A stretch of 64,000 bases of DNA from IMG/VR virus record IMGVR_UViG_3300046004_002544, positions 1,040-65,039 of that record. One strand, 5' to 3'. The notes beneath the pieces were generated by a model that saw only the letters and a program-made list of their open reading frames with translations, ran no database searches and had not been told where the DNA came from. The translations under genes were made by a program, and so were the position numbers. Shown one piece after another: positions 63,179 through 64,000 of this stretch (positions are counted from its first letter, which is position 1; each line of letters starts with the position of its first letter). This DNA is from a virus (lineage: Duplodnaviria; Caudoviricetes).

Positions 63179-63214
63179 GGGCCCGCGGAGCAATCCGCGG
63201 GCCCTTTTGCTTTT
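63179..63214 (+). terminator. Rho-independent terminator
   Basis: GGGCCCGCGGA-GCAA-TCCGCGGGCCC-TTTT. Confidence 0.8.
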
Positions 63215-63288
63215 GGGCACCAATGGTCTTTAACCGCCAGACGCAAGGGCATGGTCCAAGCACCATTCCCAGGAGAGACCCTCAAGCC

Positions 63289-63900
63289 ATGTCCTACAAG
63301 TTTGTCCTCGTCGGCCCGCGCGCCGGCTCCACCATCGTCCTCGGAGCGTACGACTTCGTCGAAGGCGTTCACACCATGCCCACCCGCGAGGGCATCGAAC
63401 CCGGCCCGAAGGACGCCAAGCTGCTGGGTGACTACCTGGCGAAGACCCACAACGCCTTCCCCGCCGGGTCCGACGAGCTGAAGGCCGCCCAGGTCATCTG
63501 GGATGCCCGCGGAAAACCGGCCAAGGCCACTGAACCGGCGCCCGTCGAGCCTGTCGTCGAGCCTGTCGTCGAGCCTGTCGTCGAGCCTGTCGTCGAGCCT
63601 GTCGTCGAGCCTGTCGTCGAGCCTGTCGTCGTGCAGGGCACGGCGGTCGAGCCGGCCGCCCCTGCGGGCGAAGTCACCCCGGCCACTCGCCAGACCATCT
63701 CGGCCGTCCGCGACGCGCTGACCAAGCTGGACCCGGCGGACGACTCCCACTGGACCGACCGCGGGCTCCCGTCGGTGCAGGCCGTGCGACAGATTGCCGG
63801 CAACGACAGCGTGAGCCGCGCCGACATCGAGCAGGCTGCCCCGAAGCTGGACCGCGCCGCGGCCCAGAAAGCCAAGGACGAGGCTGACCCCCTCGCCTAA
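63289..63900 (+). CDS. Head-associated hypothetical protein with an EPVV linker
   Basis: MSYKFVLVG..., C-terminal 'LDPADDSHWT..GLP.V...VSRADI'. Confidence 0.7.
   Translation: MSYKFVLVGPRAGSTIVLGAYDFVEGVHTMPTREGIEPGPKDAKLLGDYLAKTHNAFPAGSDELKAAQVIWDARGKPAKATEPAPVEPVVEPVVEPVVEPVVEPVVEPVVEPVVVQGTAVEPAAPAGEVTPATRQTISAVRDALTKLDPADDSHWTDRGLPSVQAVRQIAGNDSVSRADIEQAAPKLDRAAAQKAKDEADPLA
63547..63630 (+). repeat. Perfect 12-bp tandem repeat x7 (GAGCCTGTCGTC, encoding EPVV)
   Basis: Read directly from the sequence. Confidence 0.95.
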
Positions 63901-63915
63901 TCTGGAGAACTAGTC

Positions 63916-64000
63916 ATGGCCCTCATCGTCCAAACCTATCCCACTGTGACGGCGGGGGCCAACGGCTACGTCTCCCTGGTAGAGCTCAAGGCCTACCTTT
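63916..64000 (+). CDS. Head-tail adaptor (DnaT-like), truncated by the window end
   Basis: 'MALIVQ...GANGYVSLVELKAYL'. Confidence 0.65.
   Translation, partial: MALIVQTYPTVTAGANGYVSLVELKAYL

Overview
This window is nearly a whole genome of a GC-rich, long-tailed (siphovirus-type) dsDNA phage, opened inside the neck/tail module. It starts in a tail-terminator gene and ends in a head-tail adaptor gene, so probably only a few neck genes lie outside. Order: tail module (1-11131), lysis cassette (11593-13840), T5 A1-like phosphoesterase, a long minus-strand DNA-metabolism arm (class II RNR, DHFR, dCMP deaminase, TS homologue, MazG-kinase fusion, SF2 helicase, family A polymerase, SSB, Cas4-like exonuclease), primase-helicase, a repeat-rich origin-like region (~45700-46140), terminase genes split by a fibre-like module, portal, a giant MuF-type head protein, scaffold and capsid. 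I saw no integrase, repressor or CRISPR array. Main findings: (1) a circularly permuted two-piece tmRNA gene of alphaproteobacterial type (tag ANDNQVVVAQELPLAA) with its own promoter and terminator, missed by the ORF track. (2) A ~45-aa 'EFPEAKT' helical domain in 7 copies across 5 proteins, including a MuF-zincin-ADP-ribosyltransferase fusion. (3) A thymidylate-synthase homologue with the cytosine-specifying Asp, clustered with genes suggesting 5-methylcytosine DNA or an alternative dTMP route. (4) Eight related sigma70-type promoters, most with a GGCCWWGGCC-like palindrome, driving small cassettes scattered through the genome. All product calls come from motifs and synteny read by eye; no database searches were run.
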